DNA from: Escherichia coli
Lineage (GTDB): Bacteria; Pseudomonadota; Gammaproteobacteria; Enterobacterales; Enterobacteriaceae
Reading direction: 5' to 3' (one strand)
Length of the DNA stretch: 64,000 nucleotides
Assembly: GCF_046105845.1 (NCBI RefSeq)
Contig: NZ_CP151004.1
Below are positions 38,758 to 48,827 of the stretch, in pieces (within the stretch, counting starts at the first letter, position 1; every line of letters begins with the position of its first letter). Both the position numbers and the translations under genes were made by a program. The notes under the pieces were generated by a model. The model saw only the letters and a list, made by a program, of their open reading frames with translations, made no database searches and had not been told where the DNA came from.

Positions 38758-38944
38758 AGTACATCCTTGCAGAATCAGGTAGATGTTTTTCGGCTACTAT
38801 AACACTACAAAAATAGACGAACACGTTAGAAATGAGTCAGTTGCTGTGACTCCGGTCATTGCCCGGAAAGGTACAGAAAGCTAAGATAGGGCGTTATGGG
38901 CCTTAAATATTTGGACAGGCCCACACAGCAATGGATTAATAACA

Positions 38945-41900
38945 ATGATGAATAAATCCAACTTCGAATTCCTGAAGGGCGTCAACGACTTCACTTATGC
39001 CATCGCCTGTGCGGCGGAAAATAACTACCCGGATGATCCCAACACGACGCTGATTAAAATGCGTATGTTTGGCGAAGCCACAGCGAAACATCTTGGTATG
39101 TTACTCAACATCCCCCCTTGTGAGAATCAACACGATCTCCTGCGCGAACTCGGCAAAATCGCCTTCGTTGATGACAACATTCTCTCTGTATTCCACAAAT
39201 TACGCCGCATTGGTAACCAGGCGGTGCACGAATATCATAACGATCTCGACGATGCCCAGATGTGCCTGCGGCTAGGCTTCCGTCTGGCTGTCTGGTACTA
39301 CCGTCTGGTCACCAAAGATTATGACTTCCCGGTGCCGGTATTTGTGTTGCCGGAACGTGGCGAAAACCTCTATCACCAGGAAGTGCTGACGCTAAAACAA
39401 CAGCTTGAACAGCAGGCGCGAGAAAAAGCGCAGACTCAGGCAGAAGTCGAAGCGCAACAGCAGAAGCTGGTTGCCCTGAACGGCTATATCGCCATTCTGG
39501 AAGGCAAACAGCAGGAAACAGAAGCGCAAACCCAGGCTCGCCTTGCGGCGCTGGAAGCACAGCTTGCCGAGAAGAACGCGGAACTGGCAAAACAGACCGA
39601 ACAGGAACGTAAGGCTTACCACAAAGAAATTACCGATCAGGCCATCAAGCGCGCACTCAACCTTAGCGAAGAAGAGAGCCGCTTCCTGATTGACGCGCAA
39701 CTGCGTAAAGCAGGCTGGCAGGCCGATAGCAAAACCCTGCGCTTCTCCAAAGGCGCACGCCCGGAACCCGGCGTCAATAAAGCCATTGCCGAATGGCCGA
39801 CCGGGAAAGATGAAACGGGTAATCAGGGCTTTGCGGATTATGTGCTGTTTGTCGGCCTCAAGCCCATCGCGGTGGTAGAGGCGAAACGTAAAAATATCGA
39901 CGTTCCCGGCAAGCTCAATGAGTCGTATCGCTACAGCAAATGCTTCGATAATGGCTTCCTGCGGGAAACCTTGCTTGAGCATTACTCGCCGGATGAAGTG
40001 CATGAAGCGGTGCCGGAGTATGAAACCAGCTGGCAGGACACCAGCGGCCAACAACGGTTTAAAATCCCCTTCTGCTACTCGACCAACGGGCGCGAATACC
40101 GCGCAGCAATGAAGACTAAAAGTGGCATCTGGTATCGCGACGTGCGTGATACCCGCAATATGTCGAAAGCCTTACCCGAGTGGCATCGCCCGGAAGAGCT
40201 GCTGGAAATGCTCGGCAGCGAACCGCAAAAACAGAATCAGTGGTTTGCCGATAACCCTGGCATGAGCGAGCTGGGCCTGCGTTATTATCAGGAAGATGCT
40301 GTCCGCGCGGTGGAAAAGGCAATCGTCAAGGGTCAACAAGAGATCCTGCTGGCGATGGCGACCGGTACCGGTAAAACCCGTACCGCAATTGCCATGATGT
40401 TCCGCCTGATCCAGTCCCAGCGTTTTAAACGCATTCTCTTCCTTGTCGATCGCCGTTCTCTTGGCGAGCAGGCGCTGGGGGCGTTTGAAGATACGCGTAT
40501 TAACGGCGACACCTTCAACAGCATTTTCGACATTAAAGGTCTGACGGATAAATTCCCGGAAGACAGCACCAAAATTCACGTTGCCACCGTACAGTCGCTG
40601 GTGAAACGCACCCTGCAATCAGATGAACCGATGCCGGTGGCCCGTTACGACTGTATCGTCGTCGATGAAGCGCATCGCGGCTATATTCTCGATAAAGAGC
40701 AGACCGAAGGCGAGCTGCAATTCCGCAGCCAGCTGGATTACGTCTCTGCCTACCGTCGCATTCTCGATCACTTCGATGCGGTAAAAATCGCCCTCACCGC
40801 CACCCCGGCGCTGCATACGGTACAGATTTTCGGCGAGCCGGTTTACCGTTATACCTACCGTACCGCGGTTATCGACGGGTTTCTGATCGACCAGGATCCG
40901 CCTATTCAGATCATCACCCGCAACGCCCAGGAGGGGGTTTATCTCGCCAAAGGCGAGCAGGTTGAGCGCATCAGCCCACAGGGGGAAGTGATCAACGACA
41001 CCCTGGAAGACGATCAGGATTTTGAGGTCGCCGACTTTAACCGTGGCCTGGTGATCCCGGCGTTTAACCGCGCCGTCTGTAACGAACTCACCAACTACCT
41101 TGATCCGACCGGGTCACAAAAAACGCTGGTCTTCTGCGTCACCAATGCCCATGCCGATATGGTGGTGGAAGAGTTGCGTACCGCGTTCAAGAAAAAGTAT
41201 CCGCAACTGGAGCACGACGCGATCATCAAGATCACCGGTGATGCCGATAAAGACGCGCGCAAAGTGCAGACCATGATCACCCGCTTCAATAAAGAGCGGC
41301 TGCCCAATATCGTGGTAACCGTCGACCTGCTGACGACCGGCGTCGATATTCCGTCGATCTGTAACATCGTGTTCCTGCGTAAAGTACGCAGCCGTATTCT
41401 GTACGAGCAGATGAAAGGCCGCGCCACGCGCTTATGCCCGGACGTGAATAAAACCAGCTTTAAGATTTTCGACTGTGTCGATATCTACAGCACGCTGGAG
41501 AGCGTCGACACCATGCGTCCGGTGGTGGTGCGTCCGAAGGTGGAACTGCAAACGCTGGTCAATGAAATTACCGATTCAGAAACCTATAAAATCACCGAAG
41601 CGGACGGCCGTAGCTTTGCCGAGCACAGCCATGAACAACTGGTGGCGAAGCTCCAGCGCATCATCGGCCTGGCCACGTTTAACCGTGATCGCAGCGAAAC
41701 GATAGATAAACAGGTGCGTCGTCTGGATGAGCTATGCCAGGACGTGGCGGGGGTGAGCTTTAACGGCTTCGCCTCGCGCCTGCGGGAAAAAGGACCGCAC
41801 TGGAGCGCCGAAGTCTTTAACAAACTGCCTGGCTTTATCGCCCGCCTGGAAAAGCTGAAAACCGACATCAATAGCCTGAATGATGCGCCGATCTTCCTCG

Positions 41901-42457
41901 ATATTGACGATGAAGTGGTGAGCGTAAAATCGCTGTACGGTGATTACGACACGCCGCAGGATTTCCTCGAAGCCTTTGACTCGCTGGTGCAACGTTCCCC
42001 GAACGCGCAACCGGCATTGCAGGCGGTGATCAATCGCCCGCGCGATCTCACCCGTAAAGGGCTGGTTGAACTCCAGGAGTGGTTTGACCGCCAGCACTTT
42101 GAGGAATCTTCCCTGCGCAAAGCGTGGAAAGAGACGCGCAATGAAGATATCGCTGCCCGGCTGATTGGACATATTCGCCGCGCTGCGGTGGGCGATGCGC
42201 TGAAACCGTTTGAGGAACGTGTCGATCACGCGCTGACGCGCATTAAGGGCGAAAACGACTGGAGCAGCGAGCAATTAAGCTGGCTCGATCGTTTAGCGCA
42301 GGCGCTGAAAGAGAAAGTGGTGCTCGACGACGATGTCTTCAAAACCGGCAACTTCCACCGTCGCGGCGGGAAGGCGATGCTGCAAAGAACCTTTGACGAT
42401 AATCTCGACAACCTGCTTGATAAATTCAGCGATTATATCTGGGACGAGCTGGCCTGA
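38945..42457 (+). CDS. hsdR: Type I restriction enzyme R subunit (EcoKI family, IA)
   Basis: 1170 aa, MMNKSNFEFLKGVNDF... It has helicase motifs MATGTGKTRTA, VVDEAHRG and QMKGRATR, and a nuclease motif ...ADYVLFVGLKPIAVVEAKR. Confidence 0.95.
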   Translation: MMNKSNFEFLKGVNDFTYAIACAAENNYPDDPNTTLIKMRMFGEATAKHLGMLLNIPPCENQHDLLRELGKIAFVDDNILSVFHKLRRIGNQAVHEYHNDLDDAQMCLRLGFRLAVWYYRLVTKDYDFPVPVFVLPERGENLYHQEVLTLKQQLEQQAREKAQTQAEVEAQQQKLVALNGYIAILEGKQQETEAQTQARLAALEAQLAEKNAELAKQTEQERKAYHKEITDQAIKRALNLSEEESRFLIDAQLRKAGWQADSKTLRFSKGARPEPGVNKAIAEWPTGKDETGNQGFADYVLFVGLKPIAVVEAKRKNIDVPGKLNESYRYSKCFDNGFLRETLLEHYSPDEVHEAVPEYETSWQDTSGQQRFKIPFCYSTNGREYRAAMKTKSGIWYRDVRDTRNMSKALPEWHRPEELLEMLGSEPQKQNQWFADNPGMSELGLRYYQEDAVRAVEKAIVKGQQEILLAMATGTGKTRTAIAMMFRLIQSQRFKRILFLVDRRSLGEQALGAFEDTRINGDTFNSIFDIKGLTDKFPEDSTKIHVATVQSLVKRTLQSDEPMPVARYDCIVVDEAHRGYILDKEQTEGELQFRSQLDYVSAYRRILDHFDAVKIALTATPALHTVQIFGEPVYRYTYRTAVIDGFLIDQDPPIQIITRNAQEGVYLAKGEQVERISPQGEVINDTLEDDQDFEVADFNRGLVIPAFNRAVCNELTNYLDPTGSQKTLVFCVTNAHADMVVEELRTAFKKKYPQLEHDAIIKITGDADKDARKVQTMITRFNKERLPNIVVTVDLLTTGVDIPSICNIVFLRKVRSRILYEQMKGRATRLCPDVNKTSFKIFDCVDIYSTLESVDTMRPVVVRPKVELQTLVNEITDSETYKITEADGRSFAEHSHEQLVAKLQRIIGLATFNRDRSETIDKQVRRLDELCQDVAGVSFNGFASRLREKGPHWSAEVFNKLPGFIARLEKLKTDINSLNDAPIFLDIDDEVVSVKSLYGDYDTPQDFLEAFDSLVQRSPNAQPALQAVINRPRDLTRKGLVELQEWFDRQHFEESSLRKAWKETRNEDIAARLIGHIRRAAVGDALKPFEERVDHALTRIKGENDWSSEQLSWLDRLAQALKEKVVLDDDVFKTGNFHRRGGKAMLQRTFDDNLDNLLDKFSDYIWDELA

Positions 42458-42460
42458 CAC

Positions 42461-42589
42461 GTATACACTTCATCCTTCAGGCTACCTCTGCGTTGGCTGC
42501 GCTCGTTCACCCCGGTCACGTACTTCTGTACGCTCCCGGGGATTCACTCACTTGCCGCCTTGATGCAACCTGAATGATTTTGTGTATAT
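42461..42589. repeat. ERIC (IRU) element between hsdR and hsdM
   Basis: An imperfect ~127-bp palindrome GTATACAC...GTGTATA. It contains GTACGCTCCCGGGGATTCAC and CGCTCGTTCACCCCGGTCACGTACTT, which match the ERIC1R/ERIC2 primer regions from memory. Confidence 0.7.
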
Positions 42590-42658
42590 TACCCTCGGCA
42601 ATTTCTTTTTCTGCGGCCCCAAACAATGCGGGCCGCTGCTTAATTTACGGAACTCACA

Positions 42659-44248
42659 ATGAACAATAACGATCTGGTCGCGAAGCTGTGGAAGCTGTGC
42701 GACAACCTGCGCGATGGCGGCGTTTCCTATCAAAACTACGTCAATGAACTCGCCTCGCTGCTGTTTTTGAAAATGTGTAAAGAGACCGGACAGGAAGCGG
42801 AGTACCTGCCGGTAGGCTACCGCTGGGATGATCTGAAATCCCGTATCGGTCAGGAGCAGTTGCAGTTCTACCGTAACCTGCTGGTACATCTGGGCGCCGA
42901 CAATCAAAAGCTGGTGCAGGCGGTGTTCCAGAACGTCAACACCACCATTACCCAGCCGAAACAGTTGACCGAGCTGGTCAGCAATATGGATTCACTGGAC
43001 TGGTACAACGGTGCGCACGGTAAGTCGCGCGATGACTTCGGCGATATGTACGAAGGGCTGCTGCAGAAGAACGCCAACGAAACCAAGTCTGGCGCGGGCC
43101 AGTACTTCACCCCGCGTCCGCTGATTAAAACCATTATTCATCTGCTGAAACCGCAGCCGCGTGAAGTGGTGCAGGATCCGGCAGCAGGTACGGCGGGCTT
43201 TTTGATTGAAGCCGACCGCTACGTTAAGTCGCAAACCAATGATCTGGACGACCTTGATGGCGACACGCAGGATTTCCAGATCCACCGCGCCTTTATCGGC
43301 CTCGAACTGGTGCCCGGCACCCGTCGTCTGGCGCTGATGAACTGCCTGCTACACGATATTGAAGGCAACCTCGACCACGGCGGCGCAATCCGTCTGGGCA
43401 ACACCCTGGGTAGCGACGGTGAAAATCTGCCGAAGGCGCATATTGTCGCCACTAACCCGCCGTTTGGCAGCGCCGCAGGCACCAACATTACCCGCACCTT
43501 TGTCCACCCGACCAGCAACAAACAGTTGTGCTTTATGCAGCATATTATCGAAACGCTGCATCCCGGCGGTCGTGCGGCGGTAGTGGTGCCAGATAACGTG
43601 CTGTTTGAAGGCGGCAAAGGCACCGACATCCGTCGTGACCTGATGGATAAGTGTCATCTGCATACCATCCTGCGTCTGCCGACCGGTATTTTTTACGCTC
43701 AGGGCGTGAAAACTAACGTGCTGTTCTTTACCAAAGGGACGGTGGCGAACCCGCATCAGGATAAGAACTGCACCGATGATGTGTGGGTGTACGACCTGCG
43801 TACCAATATGCCGAGCTTCGGCAAGCGCACGCCGTTTACCGACGAGCATTTGCAGCCGTTTGAGCGCGTGTATGGCGAAGATCCCCACGGTTTAAGCCCG
43901 CGCACTGAAGGTGAATGGAGTTTTAACGCCGAAGAGACGGAAGTTGCCGACAGCGAAGAGAACAAAAACACCGATCAGCATCTGGCTACCAGCCGCTGGC
44001 GCAAGTTCAGCCGCGAGTGGATCCGCACCGCGAAATCCGATTCGCTGGATATCTCCTGGCTGAAAGATAAAGACAGTATTGATGCCGACAACCTGCCGGA
44101 GCCGGATGTATTAGCGGCAGAAGCGATGGGTGAACTGGTGCAGGCGCTGGGCGAACTGGATGCGCTGATGCGTGAACTGGGGGCGAGCGATGAGGCCGAT
44201 TTGCAGCGTCAGTTGCTGGAAGAAGCATTTGGTGGGGTGAAGGAATGA
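42659..44248 (+). CDS. hsdM: Type I R-M N6-adenine methyltransferase subunit
   Basis: 529 aa with the SAM motif DPAAGTAGF and catalytic NPPF. Confidence 0.95.
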   Translation: MNNNDLVAKLWKLCDNLRDGGVSYQNYVNELASLLFLKMCKETGQEAEYLPVGYRWDDLKSRIGQEQLQFYRNLLVHLGADNQKLVQAVFQNVNTTITQPKQLTELVSNMDSLDWYNGAHGKSRDDFGDMYEGLLQKNANETKSGAGQYFTPRPLIKTIIHLLKPQPREVVQDPAAGTAGFLIEADRYVKSQTNDLDDLDGDTQDFQIHRAFIGLELVPGTRRLALMNCLLHDIEGNLDHGGAIRLGNTLGSDGENLPKAHIVATNPPFGSAAGTNITRTFVHPTSNKQLCFMQHIIETLHPGGRAAVVVPDNVLFEGGKGTDIRRDLMDKCHLHTILRLPTGIFYAQGVKTNVLFFTKGTVANPHQDKNCTDDVWVYDLRTNMPSFGKRTPFTDEHLQPFERVYGEDPHGLSPRTEGEWSFNAEETEVADSEENKNTDQHLATSRWRKFSREWIRTAKSDSLDISWLKDKDSIDADNLPEPDVLAAEAMGELVQALGELDALMRELGASDEADLQRQLLEEAFGGVKE

Positions 44249-45615
44249 GTGCGGAGAAATTGCCGGAGGGGTGGGTTGAGTGTGAATTATCCGAACTCGG
44301 TAACATTGTTACAGGGAAAACTCCCAGTACCAAGGAGCCTTCCAATTTTGGAGGCAGCATTCCTTTCATTAAACCAGGCGATCTTGATCTCGGTGGCTAT
44401 ATCATGAATACCGCCGATACTCTGACGGAGAAAGGGTTATCTCTTGTCCCCACTCTTCCTGCCAATTCAGTCGTTGTGACGTGTATTGGAAATTTAGGAA
44501 AAGTTGGAATTACCGCTAAAAAATCAGCATCTAATCAACAAATAAATGCATTGATCCCGTCAGAAAAGCTAAATGTAAAATTTGTTTATTACCAAATTTT
44601 AACATTAAAACCATGGTTAGAGTCTCAATCAGCAGCTACTACAATTGCGATTGTGAACAAGAGCAAATTTTCTCAGGCACCATTTAAATTCCCGTCGCTT
44701 GCCGAACAAAAAATCATCACTGAAAAACTCGATACGCTGCTGGCGCAGGTAGACAGCACCAAAGCACGTCTTGAGCAAATCCCACAAATCCTGAATCGTT
44801 TTCGTCAGGCTATTCTAGCTAATGCTGTGGAAGGAAAATTGACCGACGAATGGCGAGCCGGAAAATGTTATATTACAGAAATCAAAAAAATATCTGATAT
44901 TATTCAGAATGCTCAAGTCGGATTAGTTCGTTCAGCTTCAGATCAAAGCGAAATATGCACTCAAAAAATGAGAACGCCTTATATAAAAATGAATAACATT
45001 CACAATGTTCTCGGAACAAATTTAGAAAAACTCGCTTATGTCAACTGTGATAGCTATGAACTGGAAAAATATAGATTAAAAAATGGAGATTGGCTCTTTA
45101 ATACACGAAATAGTTATGAGTTAGTTGGTAAATCCTGTGTCTGGAATGGATGTAGCAATGCTGTATATAATAATAATATATTAAGAGTTAGACTAAAAGA
45201 AAACTACAATTCTGTTTTTTTAGATTATTGGTTTCACTCGTTCTATGGAGTGAGCATGCTTAATAGTATTAAATCCGCAACAACAAATGTTGCTGCGATA
45301 TATCAGAAAGAACTCTTAAGTAAAAGTGTTCCATTCCCCCCCCTTCCCGAACAAGCCGAGATTGTTCGCCGCGTCGAACAACTCTTCGCCTACGCCGACA
45401 CCATAGAAAAACAGGTCAACAACGCCTTAGCCCGCGTTAACAACCTGACGCAATCCATCCTGGCAAAAGCGTTCCGTGGTGAACTCACCGCCCAGTGGCG
45501 GGCCGAAAACCCGGATTTAATCAGCGGAGAAAACAGCGCCGCCGCGTTGCTGGAAAAAATCAAAGCTGAACGCGCAGCCAGCGGGGGTAAAAAAGCCTCG
45601 CGTAAAAAATCCTGA
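44245..45615 (+). CDS. hsdS: Type I R-M specificity subunit with non-EcoKI target recognition domains
   Basis: 456 aa. The conserved central region (LAEQKIITEKLDTLLAQVDSTKARLEQIPQIL) and C-terminal region (LPEQAEIVRRVEQLFAYADTIEKQVNN...) are as in EcoKI HsdS. The two intervening AT-rich TRDs differ from EcoKI as I remember it. Confidence 0.9.
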   Translation: MSAEKLPEGWVECELSELGNIVTGKTPSTKEPSNFGGSIPFIKPGDLDLGGYIMNTADTLTEKGLSLVPTLPANSVVVTCIGNLGKVGITAKKSASNQQINALIPSEKLNVKFVYYQILTLKPWLESQSAATTIAIVNKSKFSQAPFKFPSLAEQKIITEKLDTLLAQVDSTKARLEQIPQILNRFRQAILANAVEGKLTDEWRAGKCYITEIKKISDIIQNAQVGLVRSASDQSEICTQKMRTPYIKMNNIHNVLGTNLEKLAYVNCDSYELEKYRLKNGDWLFNTRNSYELVGKSCVWNGCSNAVYNNNILRVRLKENYNSVFLDYWFHSFYGVSMLNSIKSATTNVAAIYQKELLSKSVPFPPLPEQAEIVRRVEQLFAYADTIEKQVNNALARVNNLTQSILAKAFRGELTAQWRAENPDLISGENSAAALLEKIKAERAASGGKKASRKKS

Positions 45616-45627
45616 TCATTATTTTCT

Positions 45628-45652
45628 GGCGCACCTTTCCGGTGCGCTTTTT
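45628..45652 (+). terminator. Intrinsic terminator after hsdS
   Basis: GCGCACC-tttcc-GGTGCGC followed by TTTTT. Confidence 0.75.
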
Positions 45653-45747
45653 ATTATTTTACGCCAATCATAACTCACGCAAATATATTTAAATCATTCC
45701 AGAAATTGCCTATTTTATTCTATTTTTAGCTGGACTTTCCCTGTATT

Positions 45748-45767
45748 TACTGATGATATATCCAGGT
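45748..45767. promoter_or_regulatory. LexA (SOS) box upstream of symE
   Basis: TACTGATGATATATCCAGGT has the form CTG-N10-CAG (45750-45765), compared with the consensus TACTGTATATATATACAGTA. Confidence 0.7.
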
Positions 45768-45771
45768 ATTT

Positions 45772-45848
45772 AGCGCGGTGCGGATGTGCGCCAACACACC
45801 CGCACCGCTCATCACAATCACTATTCCAGGAGAATAGCAGTTATGACT
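45772..45848 (-). ncRNA. symR: SymR antisense RNA (antitoxin of symE)
   Basis: Mapped from the remembered K-12 geometry: 77 nt, starting 6 nt inside symE and running antisense over its RBS. A TAAAAT -10 lies 7 nt upstream of the predicted start (AGTCATAACTGC...). The 3-prime hairpin is GCGGTGCGG...CCGCACCGC. Confidence 0.65.
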
Positions 45849-46184
45849 GACACGCATTTTATTGCACAACCGTTCGAAGCAGAAGTCTCCCCGGCAAATA
45901 ACCGTCAATTAACCGTGAGTTATGCGAGCCGCTACCCGGATTACAGCCGTATTCCCGCCATCACCCTGAAAGGTCAGTGGCTGGAAGCCGCCGGTTTTGC
46001 CACCGGCACGGCGGTAGATGTCAAAGTGATGGAAGGCTGTATTGTCCTCACCGCCCAACCCCCCGCCGCTGAAGAGAGCGAACTGATGCAGTCGCTGCGC
46101 CAGGTGTGCAAACTGTCGGCGCGTAAACAAAAGCAGGTGCAGGCGTTTATTGGAGTGATTGCCGGTAAACAGAAAGTCGCGTAA
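45843..46184 (+). CDS. symE: SOS-induced toxin SymE (AbrB-fold, type I TA)
   Basis: 113 aa from ATG 45843, [52 protein letters not shown]... Confidence 0.9.
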   Translation: MTDTHFIAQPFEAEVSPANNRQLTVSYASRYPDYSRIPAITLKGQWLEAAGFATGTAVDVKVMEGCIVLTAQPPAAEESELMQSLRQVCKLSARKQKQVQAFIGVIAGKQKVA

Positions 46185-46345
46185 CAGCGTTTACTCCCGG
46201 TTAACCACCGGGAGCCTTCCACTGACTCAATAGAAACTTTCCCCCTCAGTAAATATTTACCTGCCTGATTGTGCAGTAAAAATCTATTGTTTCAGTACGT
46301 TGCGAAAGCGATAATAGAGGCTTAGCAATGAGGAAGGCACATCTT

Positions 46346-47725
46346 ATGGAATCAATTCAAGCCTGGATTGAAAAATTTATTGAGCAAGCACAGCAACAAA
46401 GTTCGCAATCCACTAAAGATTATCCAACGTCTTACCGTAACCTGCGAGTAAAAGTGAGTTTCGGTTATGGCAATTTTACATCTATTCCCTGGTTTGCATT
46501 TCTTGGAGAAGGTCAGGAAGTTTCTAACGGTATATATCCCGTTATTCTCTATTATAAAGATTTTGATGAGTTGGTTTTGGCTTATGGTATAAGTGACACG
46601 AATAAACCACATGCACAATGGCACTTTTCTTCTGACATACCTAAAACAATCGCAGAGTATTTCCAGGCAACTTCAGGTGTATATCCTAAAAAATACGGAC
46701 AGTCCTATTACGCCTGTTCCCAAAAAGTCTCACAGGGTCTTGATTATACCCGGCTTGCCTCCATGCTGGACAACATAATCAACGACTATAAATTAATATT
46801 TAATTCTGGCAAGAGTGTTATTCCACCTATGTCAAAAACTGAATCATACTGTCTGGAAGATGCGTTAAATGATTTGTTTATCCCTGAAACCACAATAGAG
46901 ACGATACTCAAACGATTAACCATCAAAAAAAATATTATCCTCCAGGGGCCGCCCGGCGTTGGAAAAACCTTTGTTGCACGCCGTCTGGCTTACTTGCTGA
47001 CAGGAGAAAAGGCTCCGCAACGCGTCAATATGGTTCAGTTCCATCAATCTTATAGCTATGAGGATTTTATACAGGGCTATCGTCCGAATGGTGTCGGCTT
47101 CCGACGTAAAGACGGTATATTTTACAATTTTTGTCAGCAAGCTAAAGAGCAGCCAGAGAAAAAGTATGTTTTTATTATAGATGAAATTAATCGTGCCAAT
47201 CTCAGTAAAGTATTTGGCGAAGTGATGATGTTAATGGAACATGATAAACGAGGTGAAAACTGGTCTGTTCCCTTAACCTACTCCGAAAACGATGAAGAAC
47301 GATTCTATGTCCCGGAGAATGTTTATATTATCGGTTTAATGAATACTGCCGATCGCTCTCTGGCCGTTGTTGATTATGCCCTGCGCAGACGATTTTCTTT
47401 CATAGATATTGAGCCAGGTTTTGATACACCACAGTTCCGGAATTTTTTACTGAATAAAAAAGCAGAACCTTCATTTGTTGAGTCTTTATGCCAAAAAATG
47501 AACGAGTTAAACCAGGAAATCAGCAAAGAGGCCACTATCCTTGGGAAAGGATTCCGCATTGGGCATAGTTACTTCTGCTGTGGGTTGGAAGATGGCACCT
47601 CTCCGGATACGCAATGGCTTAATGAAATTGTGATGACGGATATCGCCCCTTTACTCGAAGAATATTTCTTTGATGACCCCTATAAACAACAGAAATGGAC
47701 CAACAAATTATTAGGGGACTCATAG
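46346..47725 (+). CDS. mcrB: 5-methylcytosine-specific restriction enzyme McrBC, GTPase/DNA-binding subunit McrB
   Basis: 459 aa from ATG 46346 (MESIQAWIEKFIEQ...) with the AAA+ GTPase motif GPPGVGKT. An internal in-frame ATG at 46829 (Met162, MSKTESY...) corresponds to the known McrB-S start. Confidence 0.95.
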   Translation: MESIQAWIEKFIEQAQQQSSQSTKDYPTSYRNLRVKVSFGYGNFTSIPWFAFLGEGQEVSNGIYPVILYYKDFDELVLAYGISDTNKPHAQWHFSSDIPKTIAEYFQATSGVYPKKYGQSYYACSQKVSQGLDYTRLASMLDNIINDYKLIFNSGKSVIPPMSKTESYCLEDALNDLFIPETTIETILKRLTIKKNIILQGPPGVGKTFVARRLAYLLTGEKAPQRVNMVQFHQSYSYEDFIQGYRPNGVGFRRKDGIFYNFCQQAKEQPEKKYVFIIDEINRANLSKVFGEVMMLMEHDKRGENWSVPLTYSENDEERFYVPENVYIIGLMNTADRSLAVVDYALRRRFSFIDIEPGFDTPQFRNFLLNKKAEPSFVESLCQKMNELNQEISKEATILGKGFRIGHSYFCCGLEDGTSPDTQWLNEIVMTDIAPLLEEYFFDDPYKQQKWTNKLLGDS

Positions 47726-48771
47726 TGGAACAGCCCGTGATACCTGTCCGTAATATCTATTACATGCTTACCTATGCATGGGGTTATTTACAGGACATTA
47801 AGCAGGCCGACCTTGAAGCCATACCCGGTAACAATCTTCTTGATATCCTGGGGTATGTATTAAATAAAGGGGTTTTACAGCTTTCACGCCGAGGGCTTGA
47901 GCTTGATTACAATCCTAATACCGAGATCATTCCTGGCATCAAAGGGCGAATAGAGTTTGCTAAAACAATACGCGGCTTCCATCTTAATCATGGGAAAACC
48001 GTCAGTACTTTTGATATGCTTAATGAAGACACGCTGGCTAACCGAATTATAAAAAGCACATTAGCCATATTAATTAAGCATGAAAAGTTAAATTCAACTA
48101 TCAGAGATGAAGCTCGTTCACTTTATAGAAAATTACCGGGCATTAGCACTCTTCATTTAACTCCGCAGCATTTCAGCTATCTGAACGGCGGAAAAAATAC
48201 GCGTTATTATAAATTCGTTATCAGTGTCTGCAAATTCATCGTCAATAATTCTATTCCAGGTCAAAACAAAGGACACTACCGTTTCTATGATTTTGAAAGA
48301 AACGAAAAAGAGATGTCATTACTTTATCAAAATTTTCTTTTTGAATTTTGCCGTCGTGAATTACCATCTGTAAATACAACTCGCCCACATTTAAAATGGG
48401 ATGCATCAAGCATATCGGATCAATCACTTAGCTTGTTACCTCGAATGGAAACTGACATCACCATTAACTCATCAGGGAAAATACTTATCGTTGATGCCAA
48501 ATACTATAAAAGCATTTTTTCACGACGAATGGGTACAGAAAAGTTTCATTCTCAAAATCTATATCAACTGATGAGTTACTTATGGTCGTTAAAGCCTGAA
48601 AATGGCGAAAAAACAGGGGGGTTATTAATATACCCACACGTAGACACCTCAGTGAAACATCGTTATAAAATTAATGGCTTCGATATTGGCTTGTGTACCG
48701 TCAATTTAGGTCAGGAATGGCCGTGTATACATCAAGAATTACTCGACATTTTCGGTGAATATCTCAAATAA
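47725..48771 (+). CDS. mcrC: McrBC nuclease subunit McrC
   Basis: 348 aa. GTG start at 47725 overlaps the mcrB stop (TAGTG). PD-(D/E)XK segment ...ETDITINSSGKILIVDAKYY. Confidence 0.9.
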   Translation: MEQPVIPVRNIYYMLTYAWGYLQDIKQADLEAIPGNNLLDILGYVLNKGVLQLSRRGLELDYNPNTEIIPGIKGRIEFAKTIRGFHLNHGKTVSTFDMLNEDTLANRIIKSTLAILIKHEKLNSTIRDEARSLYRKLPGISTLHLTPQHFSYLNGGKNTRYYKFVISVCKFIVNNSIPGQNKGHYRFYDFERNEKEMSLLYQNFLFEFCRRELPSVNTTRPHLKWDASSISDQSLSLLPRMETDITINSSGKILIVDAKYYKSIFSRRMGTEKFHSQNLYQLMSYLWSLKPENGEKTGGLLIYPHVDTSVKHRYKINGFDIGLCTVNLGQEWPCIHQELLDIFGEYLK

Positions 48772-48793
48772 GCGGTAAGTTTTATAGAAAATA

Positions 48794-48820
48794 CCGCTCC
48801 CGACACCACATCGGGAGCGG
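48794..48820. terminator. Perfect 10-bp hairpin between convergent mcrC and the giant helicase gene
   Basis: CCGCTCCCGA-caccaca-TCGGGAGCGG, with a T-rich tail on the minus strand (tattttct). Confidence 0.6.
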
Positions 48821-48827
48821 CTCATCA

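Noticed and set aside
39392-40054. 220-codon minus-strand ORF, and similar ORFs at 41732-42274, 43349-43888, 40172-40618 and 27161-27715
   Set aside because: They are antisense shadows inside hsdR, hsdM and opgB. Their composition is implausible and they have no translation signals.
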